Below are positions 18,290 through 28,663 of a DNA stretch of 64,000 nt, in pieces. This DNA is from an uncultured Pseudomonadota bacterium (GTDB lineage Bacteria > Pseudomonadota > Alphaproteobacteria > Rhizobiales > Beijerinckiaceae), in the NCBI GenBank assembly GCA_963727035.1, contig CAVSEY010000001.1:9362-73361 (forward strand), read 5' to 3'. The notes under the pieces were generated by a model. That model saw nothing but the letters and a program-made list of their open reading frames with translations. It did not search any database and was not told the DNA's origin. A program made the position numbers and the translations under genes. How positions within the stretch are numbered: the stretch's first letter is position 1; each line of letters starts with the position of its first letter.

Positions 18290-19663
18290 ATGTCCACAAT
18301 GCCCCGAGCCGAGCCGCTCGTTCCCCCGACCCTTCCGGTTCACCCGAGGCGCCTGCCGCCCCTGGTCGCCCTGTGGATGGGCGTGCGCAACAATCTGTCG
18401 ACCTGGCCGCGCCAGGCTTTCGAGGAGCGGTTCTGGCGCTCGCGCTTTTTCGGCGCCGATATTCTGGTGGTCAGCGATCCCGCCGGCGCGCGCCATGTGC
18501 TGAACGAGGCGGCGGAAAAATATCGCCGCCCGGTGATGGCGGCGCGGGCCTTGCGCCCGATCGGCGGCTTTGGGGTTTTCCTGGCCGAGGGCGCGGACTG
18601 GCGCCGCCAGCGCAAGACGCTCTCGCCTTTGTTCACGCCGGCGAGCGTCGGCCTGCTGGCGCCCCATTTCCATGCGGCGGCGGAGCATCTGCTGCGCCGG
18701 CTCGACGGCGCCGAAAAAAGCAATCTGTCGCGCGATTTCCAGGACGCGGCGCTGGAGGCCGTGTTCCGGGCCCTGTTTTCGCTGCCCGAAGCCGACCGCC
18801 GCGAGAAGCTGGGCGCGCTGGCGCGTCTTTATCTCGAAGGCGCCGGGCGGCCGAACGTTTTCGACATTTTCGCGCGGGAGGAGGAGAGTTTTCCCTTCAT
18901 CCTGCGCCAGCGCAGAAAATTCCAGGCGCAATGGCGGGCGGCGATCGACGGCCTGATCGCCGAGCGGCGTTCGGGCGCGAAGGAGAGCGCGGGGCGCGAC
19001 CTGCTCGACCTGCTGCTGGCCGTGCGCGACAGCGAAACCGCCGCCGGGCTTTCGACGGAAGAAATCCGCGACCAATGCGCGACCATGCTGGTGGCGGGTT
19101 TCGAGACCACGGCGCGGCTGATGTTCTGGCTATGCTATCTGCTCGCGCTCGACCCGGCCGAGCAGGGCCGGATTCGCGCCGAACTCGCCGCCTTTCCGCC
19201 GGAACGCGCGCAAGGCCTGGATGATCTCGCCCATTGGCCGCGCCTGCGCTGCGCGATGTTCGAGGCCTTGCGCCTCTATCCGCCGGCGCCCCATGTGCTG
19301 CGCGAGGCGATCGAGGAAGACGTGGTGTGCGGCCAGAAGGTCTGGCCGGGAACGCAGCTCTGGTTTTCCGCCTGGGTCATCCATCGCCATCGCCTGTTTT
19401 GGGACCATCCAGACGCATTCATGCCGGAGCGTTTCGCCGGAAAGCTCGCGCCCTGGAGTTCCGGCCCGCCCTTCATGCCCTTTGGCGCCGGCCCCCGCAT
19501 CTGCATCGGCGCCGGATTCGCGCTGGCCGAGGCGCAGATCGTGCTCGGCCATTTCCTGTCGCGCTTTTCGATATCGCTCGCCGACAATAAGCCGGTCCTG
19601 CCGGTGGGGGCCGTGACGATCCGCCCGAGCCGCGAGCCGATGTTTCGGCTGGAGCGGGTTTAG
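18290..19663 (+). CDS. cytochrome P450
   Basis: Heme-binding loop FMPFGAGPRICIGAGFA, an ExxR motif (EALR) and AGFETT in the I-helix. ATG at 18290; the track start at 18281 is a TTG. Confidence 0.85.
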   Translation: MSTMPRAEPLVPPTLPVHPRRLPPLVALWMGVRNNLSTWPRQAFEERFWRSRFFGADILVVSDPAGARHVLNEAAEKYRRPVMAARALRPIGGFGVFLAEGADWRRQRKTLSPLFTPASVGLLAPHFHAAAEHLLRRLDGAEKSNLSRDFQDAALEAVFRALFSLPEADRREKLGALARLYLEGAGRPNVFDIFAREEESFPFILRQRRKFQAQWRAAIDGLIAERRSGAKESAGRDLLDLLLAVRDSETAAGLSTEEIRDQCATMLVAGFETTARLMFWLCYLLALDPAEQGRIRAELAAFPPERAQGLDDLAHWPRLRCAMFEALRLYPPAPHVLREAIEEDVVCGQKVWPGTQLWFSAWVIHRHRLFWDHPDAFMPERFAGKLAPWSSGPPFMPFGAGPRICIGAGFALAEAQIVLGHFLSRFSISLADNKPVLPVGAVTIRPSREPMFRLERV

Positions 19664-19757
19664 ACCGGTACTCATTGATGAGAACTGGTCGGGAGCGAAG
19701 CGACGCCGAGCCGTTGCGAGGGGTTCACTGGTCGCGATGAGTCGCGATCAGTGAAAA

Positions 19758-20183
19758 TTAATATGAGGCGCCTGTCGCCAAATCCGTCGCCGCGAAGCCC
19801 TCGTCGGTGGTCAGGATCGGAGCGCGCCGGGATTTGGTGCTGGCGTAATGAAAACAATCGGCCAGATTGAGGCCCTTGTTGCGGTCGGCGGGGCCGGGAA
19901 AGCGGTGGCGCCCATAGGCTGCGAAGGCGTCCAGCGCGAGGCCCAACTCGCCTGGCGATACAGGCAGCACAGAAATTCCCGCCGCCTCGATGAACTCGTC
20001 GACGCAGGCTTGCGCGGCCGACATATCGAGGTTCAGCTTGCGGCATAGCGCCGCGGCGGTTTCCCAGATGGCGATGACATTGGTGAAGGGCGAGACGTCG
20101 GAGTCGATCGCCCGCGCGAGGCGCTCGCCCGCGGTTTCCTGCAACAGGATCGCAACCATGGCCGAGGCGTCGATGAAACTCAT
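19758..20183 (-). CDS. vapC: type II toxin VapC (PIN-domain ribonuclease)
   Basis: MSFIDASAMVAILLQE...LADCFHYASTK...ILTTDEGF (PIN acidic residues). Its start overlaps the stop of the upstream antitoxin by 4 nt. Confidence 0.8.
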   Translation of the reverse strand: MSFIDASAMVAILLQETAGERLARAIDSDVSPFTNVIAIWETAAALCRKLNLDMSAAQACVDEFIEAAGISVLPVSPGELGLALDAFAAYGRHRFPGPADRNKGLNLADCFHYASTKSRRAPILTTDEGFAATDLATGASY

Positions 20184-20416
20184 TCGCCGCTCAATTCGTC
20201 GAAAAAAGCCTTGTCGATGACGAGTCCGCTGTCGGGCCGGGCGGCGATCCTTTCGCGCAAAGGCCTTATGCGTTCCCAAAGCGGCAGTTTTTCATGGGCG
20301 CGCGCTAATTCGCTTTTCAGTGCGTCTTTCACGGCTTGTGTTTTGGTGGTCTTTTTCAGCGCCGCAACCTGGGCGGCGAGCCGGTCCACCTCCGGGTCCC
20401 TGATATTGAGAGGCAT
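20180..20416 (-). CDS. vapB: type II antitoxin VapB-family (Rv0623-like)
   Basis: 78 aa: MPLNIRDPEVDRLAAQVAALKKTTKTQAVKDALKSELAR.... It sits immediately upstream of the PIN toxin and is translationally coupled to it. Confidence 0.75.
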   Translation of the reverse strand: MPLNIRDPEVDRLAAQVAALKKTTKTQAVKDALKSELARAHEKLPLWERIRPLRERIAARPDSGLVIDKAFFDELSGE

Positions 20417-20552
20417 GTGCGCTCCTGTTGTGTAGGCAGGAATATAATCTCGTCTACACGCGGGAGCAAGAGGACAAAGCGGATGCGCCGCCGCGCTCCC
20501 TTTTTCAGTTGCGCGGCAACTCCTATATTGGGCGCAAGCCGAGAGGAGTCGC

Positions 20553-21956
20553 ATGATCCGCAAATTTGTCGCCGCCATCGTTCTGGCCTCCATTACCGCG
20601 CCGCTTCACGCCGAGACGGTGCGGCAGCCTCCCGCTTCGGAAGCGCAGGTGACCTTGAGTTTCGCGCCGGTGGTCAAAAAGGCCGCGCCGGCGGTGGTCA
20701 ATGTCTATGCCCAACGCATCGAGCGGACGCCGCGCCGCAATCCCCTGTTCGACGATCCGATTTTCCGGCGCTTTTTCGGCGAGGGCCGGGGGCCGGGCGG
20801 GGCGACCGCGCAATCGCTGGGCTCGGGCGTGATCGTCGATCCCTCCGGCCTTGTCGTGACCAACAACCACGTCGTCGCGGACATGACCGAAGTGAAGGTG
20901 GCGCTTTCCGACCGGCGCGAACTCCCGGCCGAAATATTATTGCGCGATACGCGCAGCGATCTCGCCATATTGCGCATCAAGGGCCCCAAGGGCGCGACTT
21001 TTCCGGTGCTGCAGATGGGCGATTCCGACGCCATCCAGGTCGGCGACCTCGCTTTGGCGATCGGCGATCCCTTCGGCGTCGGCCAGACCGTGACCCAGGG
21101 CATCATTTCGGCCATGGCGCGCACCGAGATCGGCATTTCCGACTATGGCTTCTTCATCCAGACCGACGCCGCGATCAATCCCGGCAATTCCGGCGGCGCC
21201 CTGGTGGACATGAATGGGAGGCTGATCGGGATCAATGCGGCCATCGTGTCGCAATCGGGCGGCTCGGTCGGCATCGGCTTCGCCATTCCGGTCAATATGG
21301 TCAAGGGCGTGCTGGCGACGGCGGAGGCCGGCGGCAAGGAGGTTCACCGGCCCTGGCTCGGCGCGACCTTGCAGAATCTGAACCGCGACATCGCCGATTC
21401 CCTGGGGCTCGACCGGCAGGCCGGCGCGCTGGTGGCGGATGTCGATCCGCGCGGCCCGGCGGCGGAAGGCGGATTGAAGCAGGGCGACGTCATTACCGCC
21501 GTGGACGGCAAGGACGTCTATGATTCAGGCAGCGTCGGCTATCGCCTCGGCGCCAGGCCGATCGGCGGCGTCGCCTCGCTTTCGGTCCTGCGCAACGGCA
21601 AGAGTCAGATCGTGCCGCTGAAACTGGTCGCCTCGCCGGAGCGCCCGGCGCGCGACCAGCTCATCATCGGCGGCTCATCGCCCTTCGCCGGGGCGACCGT
21701 GGTCAATATCTCGCCCGCGACGATCGAGGAATTTTCGATCGAACACGCCAGCGACGGCGTCGCGGTGATCGCCGTCCAGGACGACAGCCCGGCGGCGTTG
21801 GTCGGCCTCCAGAAGGGCGACATCGCGCTTTCGCTCAATGGCGAGAAAATCCACACCACCCGCGACCTCCAGCGCGCGGCGGGAGAAAGCCCCTATGTCT
21901 GGAGGCTCCAGATCAACCGCGGCGGCCAGGTGATCACCAGCGTGATCGGAGGGTGA
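20553..21956 (+). CDS. Do/DegQ/HtrA-family periplasmic serine endoprotease with two PDZ domains
   Basis: Signal peptide, TNNHVV (His), DLAIL (Asp) and GNSGGALV (Ser), followed by two PDZ-like segments. Confidence 0.9.
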   Translation: MIRKFVAAIVLASITAPLHAETVRQPPASEAQVTLSFAPVVKKAAPAVVNVYAQRIERTPRRNPLFDDPIFRRFFGEGRGPGGATAQSLGSGVIVDPSGLVVTNNHVVADMTEVKVALSDRRELPAEILLRDTRSDLAILRIKGPKGATFPVLQMGDSDAIQVGDLALAIGDPFGVGQTVTQGIISAMARTEIGISDYGFFIQTDAAINPGNSGGALVDMNGRLIGINAAIVSQSGGSVGIGFAIPVNMVKGVLATAEAGGKEVHRPWLGATLQNLNRDIADSLGLDRQAGALVADVDPRGPAAEGGLKQGDVITAVDGKDVYDSGSVGYRLGARPIGGVASLSVLRNGKSQIVPLKLVASPERPARDQLIIGGSSPFAGATVVNISPATIEEFSIEHASDGVAVIAVQDDSPAALVGLQKGDIALSLNGEKIHTTRDLQRAAGESPYVWRLQINRGGQVITSVIGG

Positions 21957-21998
21957 CCTTGGCGCGGCGGTCGCGTCAGCTCGCGCGACCGGGTCGGC

Positions 21999-22716
21999 TC
22001 AGCCCTTTGGCTTGGTGGTGTCCGCGGTCTGGCCGAACAGGACCTTTTTCTCGTCATCCTTCATCGGCGTCGGCGGGCGGACGCGGTCGCCCGCCTCATA
22101 GGCGCGCTGGACGGCCGGGCGGGCGCGGAGCGCCTCGAACCAGCGGCGCAGGTCGGGGAAATCGTCGAGAGTTCTGGCCCTGGTTCTTCCACGGGACGAT
22201 CCAGGGATAGGAAGCCATGTCGGCGATGGAATATTCGCCGGCGATGAAGCCGCCGCTTTCGCGGGATTTGGCGAGCTGGCGGTCGAGCACCCCGTAAAGG
22301 CGATTGGTTTCCTTGCGATAGCGGTCGATGGCGTAGGGGATTTTTTCCGGCGCATAGACCGCGAAATGCGCATTCTGCCCGGCCATCGGGCCCAAGCCGC
22401 CCATCTGCCAGTGCAGCCATTGCAGCACATGATATTTTTCCCGCGTCGTTTGGGGCAGGAATTTTCCGGTCTTTTCGGCCAGATATTCGAGAATGGCGCC
22501 GGATTCGAACAACGAGATCGGCGCCCCGCCGTCGGCCGGCGCATGGTCGATGATCGCCGGCATGCGGTTATTGGGCGCGATTTTCAGGAAATCGGGCTTG
22601 AACTGGTCGCCGGCGCCGATGTTGACCGGGCGGATTTCATAGCGCAGCCCGGATTCCTCAAGAAAGACCGTGATTTTATGGCCATTGGGCGTCGGCCAGT
22701 AAAAGAGTTCGATCAT
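21999..22716 (-). pseudogene. Nu-class (YfcG/YghU-like) glutathione S-transferase with an apparent 1-nt frameshift near 22166..22176
   Basis: Track ORF 22096..22716 starts MIELFYWPTPNGHKITVFLEE...SPNNRMPAIIDH...ESGAILEYLAEKTG and turns into an Arg/Pro shadow after ...YPWIVPWKNQGQ. The conserved-looking continuation TLDDFPDLRRWFEALRARPAVQRAYEAG...KKVLFGQ is in the frame of ORF 21999..22544. Confidence 0.75.
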
Positions 22717-22787
22717 GGTCGCCTTTCCTGCTTTTTGGCGTTAGCCTGTTTCGAGAAACATTGTTGGAAATCCCGGCGGGCTTGGCA

Positions 22788-23897
22788 ATGCCGAAAATCT
22801 TTCGCGCCATCGGCGCCATGACCGGGACGTCGATGGACGGCGTCGATCTTGCTTATCTGGAGACCGACGGCAGGCAGGCGCTGAAATTCGGCCCCACCGC
22901 CTCTTTTCCCTTTTCGGACGAGGAGCGCGCGCTGCTGCGCGCCGCCATGGACGCCGCAAAATATCTGGGCCGCCGCGACGAGCGGCCGGGCGCGCTCGAG
23001 GCCGCCGAGGACCTGATCACCCGCCGCCACGTCGAGGCGATCGGCGATTTTCTGGCCAGGGCGCAGATCAAGCCGGAAGCGGTCGATGTCGTCGGCTTTC
23101 ATGGCCAGACCGTGCTGCACCGGCCCGAGCGCGGCCTGACCGTCCAGATCGGCGACGGCGCGGCGCTCGCCCGCGCGGTCGGCATCGACGTGGTCCATGA
23201 CCTGCGCGCCGCCGATATGGCGGCGGGCGGGCAGGGAGCGCCGCTGGTTCCGGTCTATCACCGCGCGCTCGCCGAAGCCTCGGGCGCGGCTCTGCCCTTG
23301 CTTTTGGTCAATATTGGCGGGGTCGCCAATCTCACCTATGTCGCCGAGGGCCGCGACCCGATCGCCTGTGACGCCGGACCGGGCAACGCCCTGCTCGACG
23401 ACCTGATGTTTTTACGCACCGGCGCGGCCATGGATGCTGATGGGGCCTGCGCCTTGTCGGGCCGGGTGGACGAGTCGGCGCTGGCGGCGCTGACATCTCA
23501 TTCCTTTTTCACACAAAGTCCGCCCAAGTCACTGGACAGAAATGCATTTTCGTCTGAACCGGTGTCGAAGCTCGCCACGCCAGACGCCGCCGCGACGCTC
23601 GCCGCCTTCACCGCCTCCGGCATACTTGCCCATCTGAAATTCCTGCCCGAGGCGCCGCGCATGATCGTTCTGTGCGGCGGCGGCGCGCGCAATCCGGCCG
23701 TTGTCGCGGCCCTGGCGCGGCGCGCCCCCTGCCCGGTGCGCCGCGCCGAGGATTTCGGCTGGGATTCGCAGGCGATCGAGGCCCAGGCTTTCGCTTTTCT
23801 CGCCGTGCGCTCGGTCAAGGGCCTGCCGCTGACCTTCCCGACCACGACCGGCGTGCGCGAACCGGTCAGCGGCGGCGTGCTGGCCTGGGCGGGTTAG
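22788..23897 (+). CDS. anmK: anhydro-N-acetylmuramic acid kinase
   Basis: MPKIFRAIGAMTGTSMDGVDLAYLETDG...CGGGARN. Start at internal ATG 22788. Confidence 0.85.
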   Translation: MPKIFRAIGAMTGTSMDGVDLAYLETDGRQALKFGPTASFPFSDEERALLRAAMDAAKYLGRRDERPGALEAAEDLITRRHVEAIGDFLARAQIKPEAVDVVGFHGQTVLHRPERGLTVQIGDGAALARAVGIDVVHDLRAADMAAGGQGAPLVPVYHRALAEASGAALPLLLVNIGGVANLTYVAEGRDPIACDAGPGNALLDDLMFLRTGAAMDADGACALSGRVDESALAALTSHSFFTQSPPKSLDRNAFSSEPVSKLATPDAAATLAAFTASGILAHLKFLPEAPRMIVLCGGGARNPAVVAALARRAPCPVRRAEDFGWDSQAIEAQAFAFLAVRSVKGLPLTFPTTTGVREPVSGGVLAWAG

Positions 23898-23984
23898 CAG
23901 ATTGATCAGTCCTTGCCTTGACGAGGTTTTTTCTGTAATTGAAAGGAAATCCCGACAGCGTTCGCATTTCAGGAGTGTGGCCGA

Positions 23985-24368
23985 ATGGCTCGCGTCACCG
24001 TCGAAGACTGTATTGAAAAGGTCGACAACCGCTTCGATCTCGTGCTGCTCGCCAGCCACCGCGCGCGGATGATCTCGTCCGGCGCGCCGATCACCTTGTC
24101 GCGCGACAACGACAAGAATCCGGTCGTCGCCTTGCGCGAAATCGCCGACGGAACCGTCGCGCCGGAGGACCTGAAGGAAGATTTCATCCATTCGCTGCAG
24201 AAGCATGTCGAAGTGGACGAGCCCGAGGCGGAGGTCGTTCCGACCCTGGTTACCCCGGTCGGCGAAACGGACGGCGACGTCCAGTTCGACCGCATGACCG
24301 AGGAAGACCTGCTGCGCGGGCTGGAAGGCCTGGTTCCGCCGGCCGACACCGACGACGATTCCGAGTAA
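23985..24368 (+). CDS. rpoZ: DNA-directed RNA polymerase subunit omega
   Basis: [35 protein letters not shown]...[13 protein letters not shown]. Confidence 0.9.
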   Translation: MARVTVEDCIEKVDNRFDLVLLASHRARMISSGAPITLSRDNDKNPVVALREIADGTVAPEDLKEDFIHSLQKHVEVDEPEAEVVPTLVTPVGETDGDVQFDRMTEEDLLRGLEGLVPPADTDDDSE

Positions 24369-24529
24369 GGCCGGCGCCAGCCGCGCATATGGCCTCCCGC
24401 GCCTCCCGCGCGGGAGGCTTTGTCGTTTCGGCGCTTTTTTCGCCACGCCGACGAAAACCATGCTTGCCCCGAACCTTCGCCGGGCCGATATTAGAAAGCG
24501 AATCCGGGGCCAAGGAGATTTTCGTCGGC

Positions 24530-26716
24530 ATGATGCGGCAATACGAACTCGTCGATCGCGTTCGCAGATATAACCCGCAAACCGACGAAGATCTTCTCAA
24601 CCGCGCCTATGTCTACGCCATGCGGGCGCATGGCCAGCAGAAGCGGGCCTCCGGCGATCCCTATTTCACCCATCCGCTCGAAGTCGCCGCGATCCTCACC
24701 GAATTGCGGCTCGACGACGCCACCATCGTCGCCGCCGTCCTGCACGACACGATCGAGGACACCGGCGCGACCAAGGCCGAGATCGATTCCCTGTTCGGGC
24801 CCGAGATCGGCAGCCTGGTCGATGGCCTGACCAAGCTGAAAAAGCTCGATCTCGTCTCCAAGCGAGCGGCGCAGGCCGAGAATTTCCGCAAGCTGCTGCT
24901 CGCCATTTCCGAGGACGTGCGGGTGCTTCTGGTGAAGCTCGCCGACCGGCTGCACAATATGCGCACCCTGCATTACGTCTCGCCGGAGAAGCGCGCCCGC
25001 ATTGCCGAAGAGACGCTCGACATCTATGCGCCGCTCGCCGGGCGCATGGGCATGCAGAACCTGCGCGACGAGCTGGAAAATCTCTCGTTCAAATATCTGA
25101 TGCCCGAGGCCTTCGCCATGGTCTCGACGCGGCTGGAGGATTTGCGCGAGACCAATCGCGAGCTGATCCGGACCATCGAAAAGGAGCTGACCGAGGAACT
25201 GGCCCTGCGCGGCATAGAGGCGGAAGTGCGCGGGCGCCAGAAACAGCCCTATTCGGTGTGGTCGAAAATGGAGCGCAAGTCGCTCGCTTTCGAGCAATTG
25301 TCGGATATTTTCGGCTTCCGCGTCGTCGTCGGCGACACGGACGAGTGCTACCGGGTGATCGGCGTCGTCCACACCAAATGGCCGATGGTGCCGGGCCGGT
25401 TCAAGGATTACATCTCGACGCCCAAGCAGAACGATTACCGCTCGATCCACACCACGGTGGTCGGGCCGGGACGCCAGCGCGTCGAGCTTCAGGTGCGCAA
25501 CCGCGACATGCACGACATCGCCTGTTTCGGCATCGCCGCCCATGCGCTGTACAAGGACGGCCGCGACGCGGCGGCGCCGGCGCTCTCGCACGAGAGCAAC
25601 GCCTATCGCTGGCTCAAGCGCACCATCGACATGCTGGCCGAGGGGTCGAGCCCGGAGGAATTCCTGGAGCACACCAGGCTGGAGCTGTTCCACGACCAGG
25701 TGTTCTGCTTCACCCCCAAGGGCCGGCTGATCGCGCTGCCCCGAGGGGCGACGCCGGTCGATTTTGCTTACGCCGTCCACACCAGCGTCGGCAATTCGGC
25801 GGTGGGCGCCAAGATCAACGGGCGGCTCGCGCCTTTGCTGGCGCCGCTGGTCAATGGCGACGAAGTCGAGATCGTGCGCGCCGAGGGCCAGACCCCGCCG
25901 GCCGCCTGGGAGTCGATCGCGGTGACAGGCAAGGCCCGCGCGGCGATCCGGCGCGCCACCCGCGACGCCGTGCGCGCCCAATATGCCGGCCTGGGGCGCC
26001 AGATCGTGATGCGCGCCTTCGAGCGGGCGGGCAAGAAATTCTCCGAGGACAAATTGCGCCCGGTCCTCCCGCGTCTCGCGCGCTCCAGCATCGAGGACGT
26101 TCTCGCGGCGGTCGGGCGCGGGGAAATGTTTTCGGGCGACGTGGTCAAGGCCGTCTATCCCGAATTCAAGGAGGAGCGGAAGTCGCCTGTCCCCGACCGC
26201 ACCGAGCCCGGCTGGTTCCGGATGCAGAAGGCGCAAGGGGTGGAGTTCAAGTCGCCGGGCTCGGCGGACGCGGCTCTGCCGATCCGCGGCCTCCAGGGCG
26301 ACCTGCCGGTGAGCTTTGCGCCCAATGGCGCGGTGCCGGGCGACCGTATTGTCGGCATCATGGCGCCGGGCAAGGGGATCACGGTCTATCCGATCCAGTC
26401 GCCGGCGCTGGCCGCCTTCGACGACCAGCCGGAGCGCTGGCTCGACGTGCGCTGGGACGTCGAGGATTCCCAGGCCTTGTTCCCCGCCCGGATCATCGTG
26501 GCGGCGATCAACGAACCGGGCAGCCTCGGCGTGGTGGCGATGCTGGTCGGCGAGCAGGGCGCCAATATCGACGACGTGACCTTCAACAAGAAATCCCCGG
26601 ATTTCCGCGAGATGATCTTCGACATTCAGGTCTTCGACCTGAAACATCTCAACGATATTCTCTCGCGCCTGCGGCTCCTGCCCATGGTCCACAGCGTCGA
26701 GCGCGTGGTCGGCTGA
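24530..26716 (+). CDS. spoT: bifunctional (p)ppGpp synthetase/guanosine-3',5'-bis(diphosphate) 3'-pyrophosphohydrolase (RelA/SpoT homologue)
   Basis: HD domain ([16 protein letters not shown]), synthetase domain (YRSIHTTV), and TGS and ACT regions. ATG at 24530 begins [14 protein letters not shown]. Confidence 0.9.
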   Translation: MMRQYELVDRVRRYNPQTDEDLLNRAYVYAMRAHGQQKRASGDPYFTHPLEVAAILTELRLDDATIVAAVLHDTIEDTGATKAEIDSLFGPEIGSLVDGLTKLKKLDLVSKRAAQAENFRKLLLAISEDVRVLLVKLADRLHNMRTLHYVSPEKRARIAEETLDIYAPLAGRMGMQNLRDELENLSFKYLMPEAFAMVSTRLEDLRETNRELIRTIEKELTEELALRGIEAEVRGRQKQPYSVWSKMERKSLAFEQLSDIFGFRVVVGDTDECYRVIGVVHTKWPMVPGRFKDYISTPKQNDYRSIHTTVVGPGRQRVELQVRNRDMHDIACFGIAAHALYKDGRDAAAPALSHESNAYRWLKRTIDMLAEGSSPEEFLEHTRLELFHDQVFCFTPKGRLIALPRGATPVDFAYAVHTSVGNSAVGAKINGRLAPLLAPLVNGDEVEIVRAEGQTPPAAWESIAVTGKARAAIRRATRDAVRAQYAGLGRQIVMRAFERAGKKFSEDKLRPVLPRLARSSIEDVLAAVGRGEMFSGDVVKAVYPEFKEERKSPVPDRTEPGWFRMQKAQGVEFKSPGSADAALPIRGLQGDLPVSFAPNGAVPGDRIVGIMAPGKGITVYPIQSPALAAFDDQPERWLDVRWDVEDSQALFPARIIVAAINEPGSLGVVAMLVGEQGANIDDVTFNKKSPDFREMIFDIQVFDLKHLNDILSRLRLLPMVHSVERVVG

Positions 26717-26736
26717 ACGTCTCCGAAAGGCCCACA

Positions 26737-27552
26737 ATGAGTTTCGCCAGAAAAATCCGCCTCGGCGTCAATGTCGATCATGTCGCCACCTTGCGCAATG
26801 CGCGCGGCGGCCTGCTTCCCGATCCGGTGCGGGCCGCGCAGATGGCGCTGGCGGCGGGGGCGGACGGGATCACCGCCCATCTGCGCGAGGACCGCCGCCA
26901 TATCCAGGACGAGGACATGAAGCGCCTGCGCGACTTGCCGGCGCCGCTCAATTTCGAAATGGCCGCGACCGAGCAGATGCTCGACATCGCCCTGAAGATC
27001 AGGCCGCACGCCTGCTGTCTGGTGCCGGAGAAGCGCACCGAGCGCACCACGGAAGGCGGCCTCGACGTGGTCGGCGCCCTCGACCGCCTGAAGCCCTTCG
27101 TCGCCGAACTTTCGCGCGCCGGAATTCGCGTGTCGCTGTTCATCGAGCCTTCGCCGGAGGCGCTCGCCGCCGCGAAGGAAATCAAGGCGCCCGTGGTCGA
27201 ACTGCACACGGGCGCCTGGTGCCACGCGCTTGAAACGGACGAAACGGAGAAAGCCGCGGCCGAATTCGCCCGGCTGCGCGCGGCGGCGGCGGAAACCGAG
27301 AAGCTCGGCATCGAATGTCACGCCGGGCACGGGCTCGATTTCGACACGGCGCGAAAGATCGCCGCCTTTCCCCAGATCGTCGAACTGAACATCGGCCATT
27401 TCCTCGTCGCCGAAGCGGTCTTCATCGGGCTTGAGGCGTCGGTGAAGCAGATGATCTCCGCGATCGCCGAAGGACGCGGCGAAACATCGCCGGTATTGTC
27501 CCAAGGACGCGGCGAAACATCGCCGCTGTTGTCTCAAGGACGCGGCGCATGA
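26737..27552 (+). CDS. pdxJ: pyridoxine 5'-phosphate synthase
   Basis: [25 protein letters not shown]...[12 protein letters not shown]...[14 protein letters not shown]...HAGHGL...ELNIGH. This is the last 271 codons of the artificially long track ORF 25258..27552. Confidence 0.9.
   Translation: MSFARKIRLGVNVDHVATLRNARGGLLPDPVRAAQMALAAGADGITAHLREDRRHIQDEDMKRLRDLPAPLNFEMAATEQMLDIALKIRPHACCLVPEKRTERTTEGGLDVVGALDRLKPFVAELSRAGIRVSLFIEPSPEALAAAKEIKAPVVELHTGAWCHALETDETEKAAAEFARLRAAAAETEKLGIECHAGHGLDFDTARKIAAFPQIVELNIGHFLVAEAVFIGLEASVKQMISAIAEGRGETSPVLSQGRGETSPLLSQGRGA
27472..27549 (+). repeat. 33-bp tandem repeat (2.4 copies) inside the 3' end of pdxJ
   Basis: ggacgcggcgaaacatcgccggtattgtcccaa / ggacgcggcgaaacatcgccgctgttgtctcaa / ggacgcggcgca. 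It encodes [26 protein letters not shown] and abuts the ATGA overlap with acpS. Confidence 0.9.
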
Positions 27553-27950
27553 TCATCGGCCTCGGCGTCGATCTTTGCGACATCCGCCGCGTCGAGAAAG
27601 TGCTTGAAAAATATGGCGAGCGCTTCACCCGCCGCTGCTTCACCCCGGTCGAACGCGCCAAGGCCGACGGCAGGAAAGCCCGCGCCGCCACCTACGCCAA
27701 GAGATTCGCCGCCAAGGAAGCCTGCGCCAAGGCGCTGGGAACCGGGCTGGGGCAAGGCGTGACCTGGCTCGACATGGGCGTGGTCAACGATTCCTTCGGC
27801 CGGCCGTCATTGGAGCTGAAAGGCGCCGCCGCCGCCCGCCTCGCCAGCCTCACCCCGCCGGGCCATGAGGCGCGCGTGCACCTCACCCTGACCGACGAAT
27901 ATCCGCTCGCCCAGGCGCAAGTGATGATCGAGGCGATCGCGAGGATTTGA
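27549..27950 (+). CDS. acpS: holo-[acyl-carrier-protein] synthase
   Basis: [35 protein letters not shown]...[14 protein letters not shown]. Confidence 0.9.
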   Translation: MIIGLGVDLCDIRRVEKVLEKYGERFTRRCFTPVERAKADGRKARAATYAKRFAAKEACAKALGTGLGQGVTWLDMGVVNDSFGRPSLELKGAAAARLASLTPPGHEARVHLTLTDEYPLAQAQVMIEAIARI

Positions 27951-27997
27951 ATGAGGAGGATTGGCGGCGTAGCGCGATTTTCTGCGCGAAATCCCCG

Positions 27998-28663
27998 TCA
28001 ATCCATTCGCCGGTTCAGCGCCTTGACGGCGAGTTCCGTCCGGCTGCGGGCGTTGAGCTTTTCGAGGATGCGGCTGACGTAGTTTTTCACCGTGCCTTCG
28101 GCGAGGCGAAGCTGGGCGGCGATTTCCTTGTTGCCCTTGCCCTCGACGATCAACTGGAGAATCTCGCTCTCGCGATCGGTCAGCGGCTCTTCCGGGCCGC
28201 CCGCGTCGCCGAGCCGCGGCGCGCGGCGGACGCGGCGAAACTCGTCGAGCAATTTGCGCGCGACATTGGGGGCGAGGCGCGACTGGCCACACGAAACGGC
28301 GCGGATGGTGTCGAGGAGTTCGCTCTCCTCGGCGTCCTTGAGCAGATAGGCCTGGGCGCCCGCGCAGATCGAATCGAAGATCAGGTCGTCGGTGTCATAG
28401 GTGGTGAGGATGATCACCTGCGCGTCCGGACAGTCGCGCACGATCTGCCGGGTCGCGGCTATGCCGTTGAGGCGGGGCATCTGGATGTCGAGCAGCACGA
28501 CATCCGGCAGATAGCGGCGCGCCGCCTGCACGGCCTCGATCCCGTCGGCCGCCTGGGCGACGATTTCGAAATCTGGCTCGAGCGCGAGCATTGACGCGAA
28601 GGCCCGCCGGATCAATGGCTGATCTTCGGCGATCAGGATGCGAATGGGTTTTTCGGGCGGCAA
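27998..28663 (-). CDS. NarL/FixJ-family response regulator (REC plus LuxR-type HTH)
   Basis: IRILIAEDQPLIR...VVLLDIQMPRLNG...LTDRESEILQLIVEGKGNKEIAAQL. There is no in-frame ATG near the REC domain. I propose the TTG at 28663, which has a GGAGGA RBS 6 nt upstream. Confidence 0.75.
   Translation of the reverse strand: MPPEKPIRILIAEDQPLIRRAFASMLALEPDFEIVAQAADGIEAVQAARRYLPDVVLLDIQMPRLNGIAATRQIVRDCPDAQVIILTTYDTDDLIFDSICAGAQAYLLKDAEESELLDTIRAVSCGQSRLAPNVARKLLDEFRRVRRAPRLGDAGGPEEPLTDRESEILQLIVEGKGNKEIAAQLRLAEGTVKNYVSRILEKLNARSRTELAVKALNRRMD

Noticed and set aside
18236-19075. 279-aa minus-strand ORF, together with overlapping plus-strand ORFs 18373..19224 and 18570..18956.
   Set aside because: They overlap the P450 gene, which has the diagnostic heme loop. 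The alternative frames have shadow composition.
24491-26737. 748-aa minus-strand ORF.
   Set aside because: It is antisense to the RelA/SpoT gene, has low-complexity R/G/D/A-rich sequence and carries no motifs.
25258-27552. 764-aa ORF in the track.
   Set aside because: Only the last 271 codons (from ATG 26737) are a real gene, pdxJ. The upstream part is an off-frame read-through of spoT.
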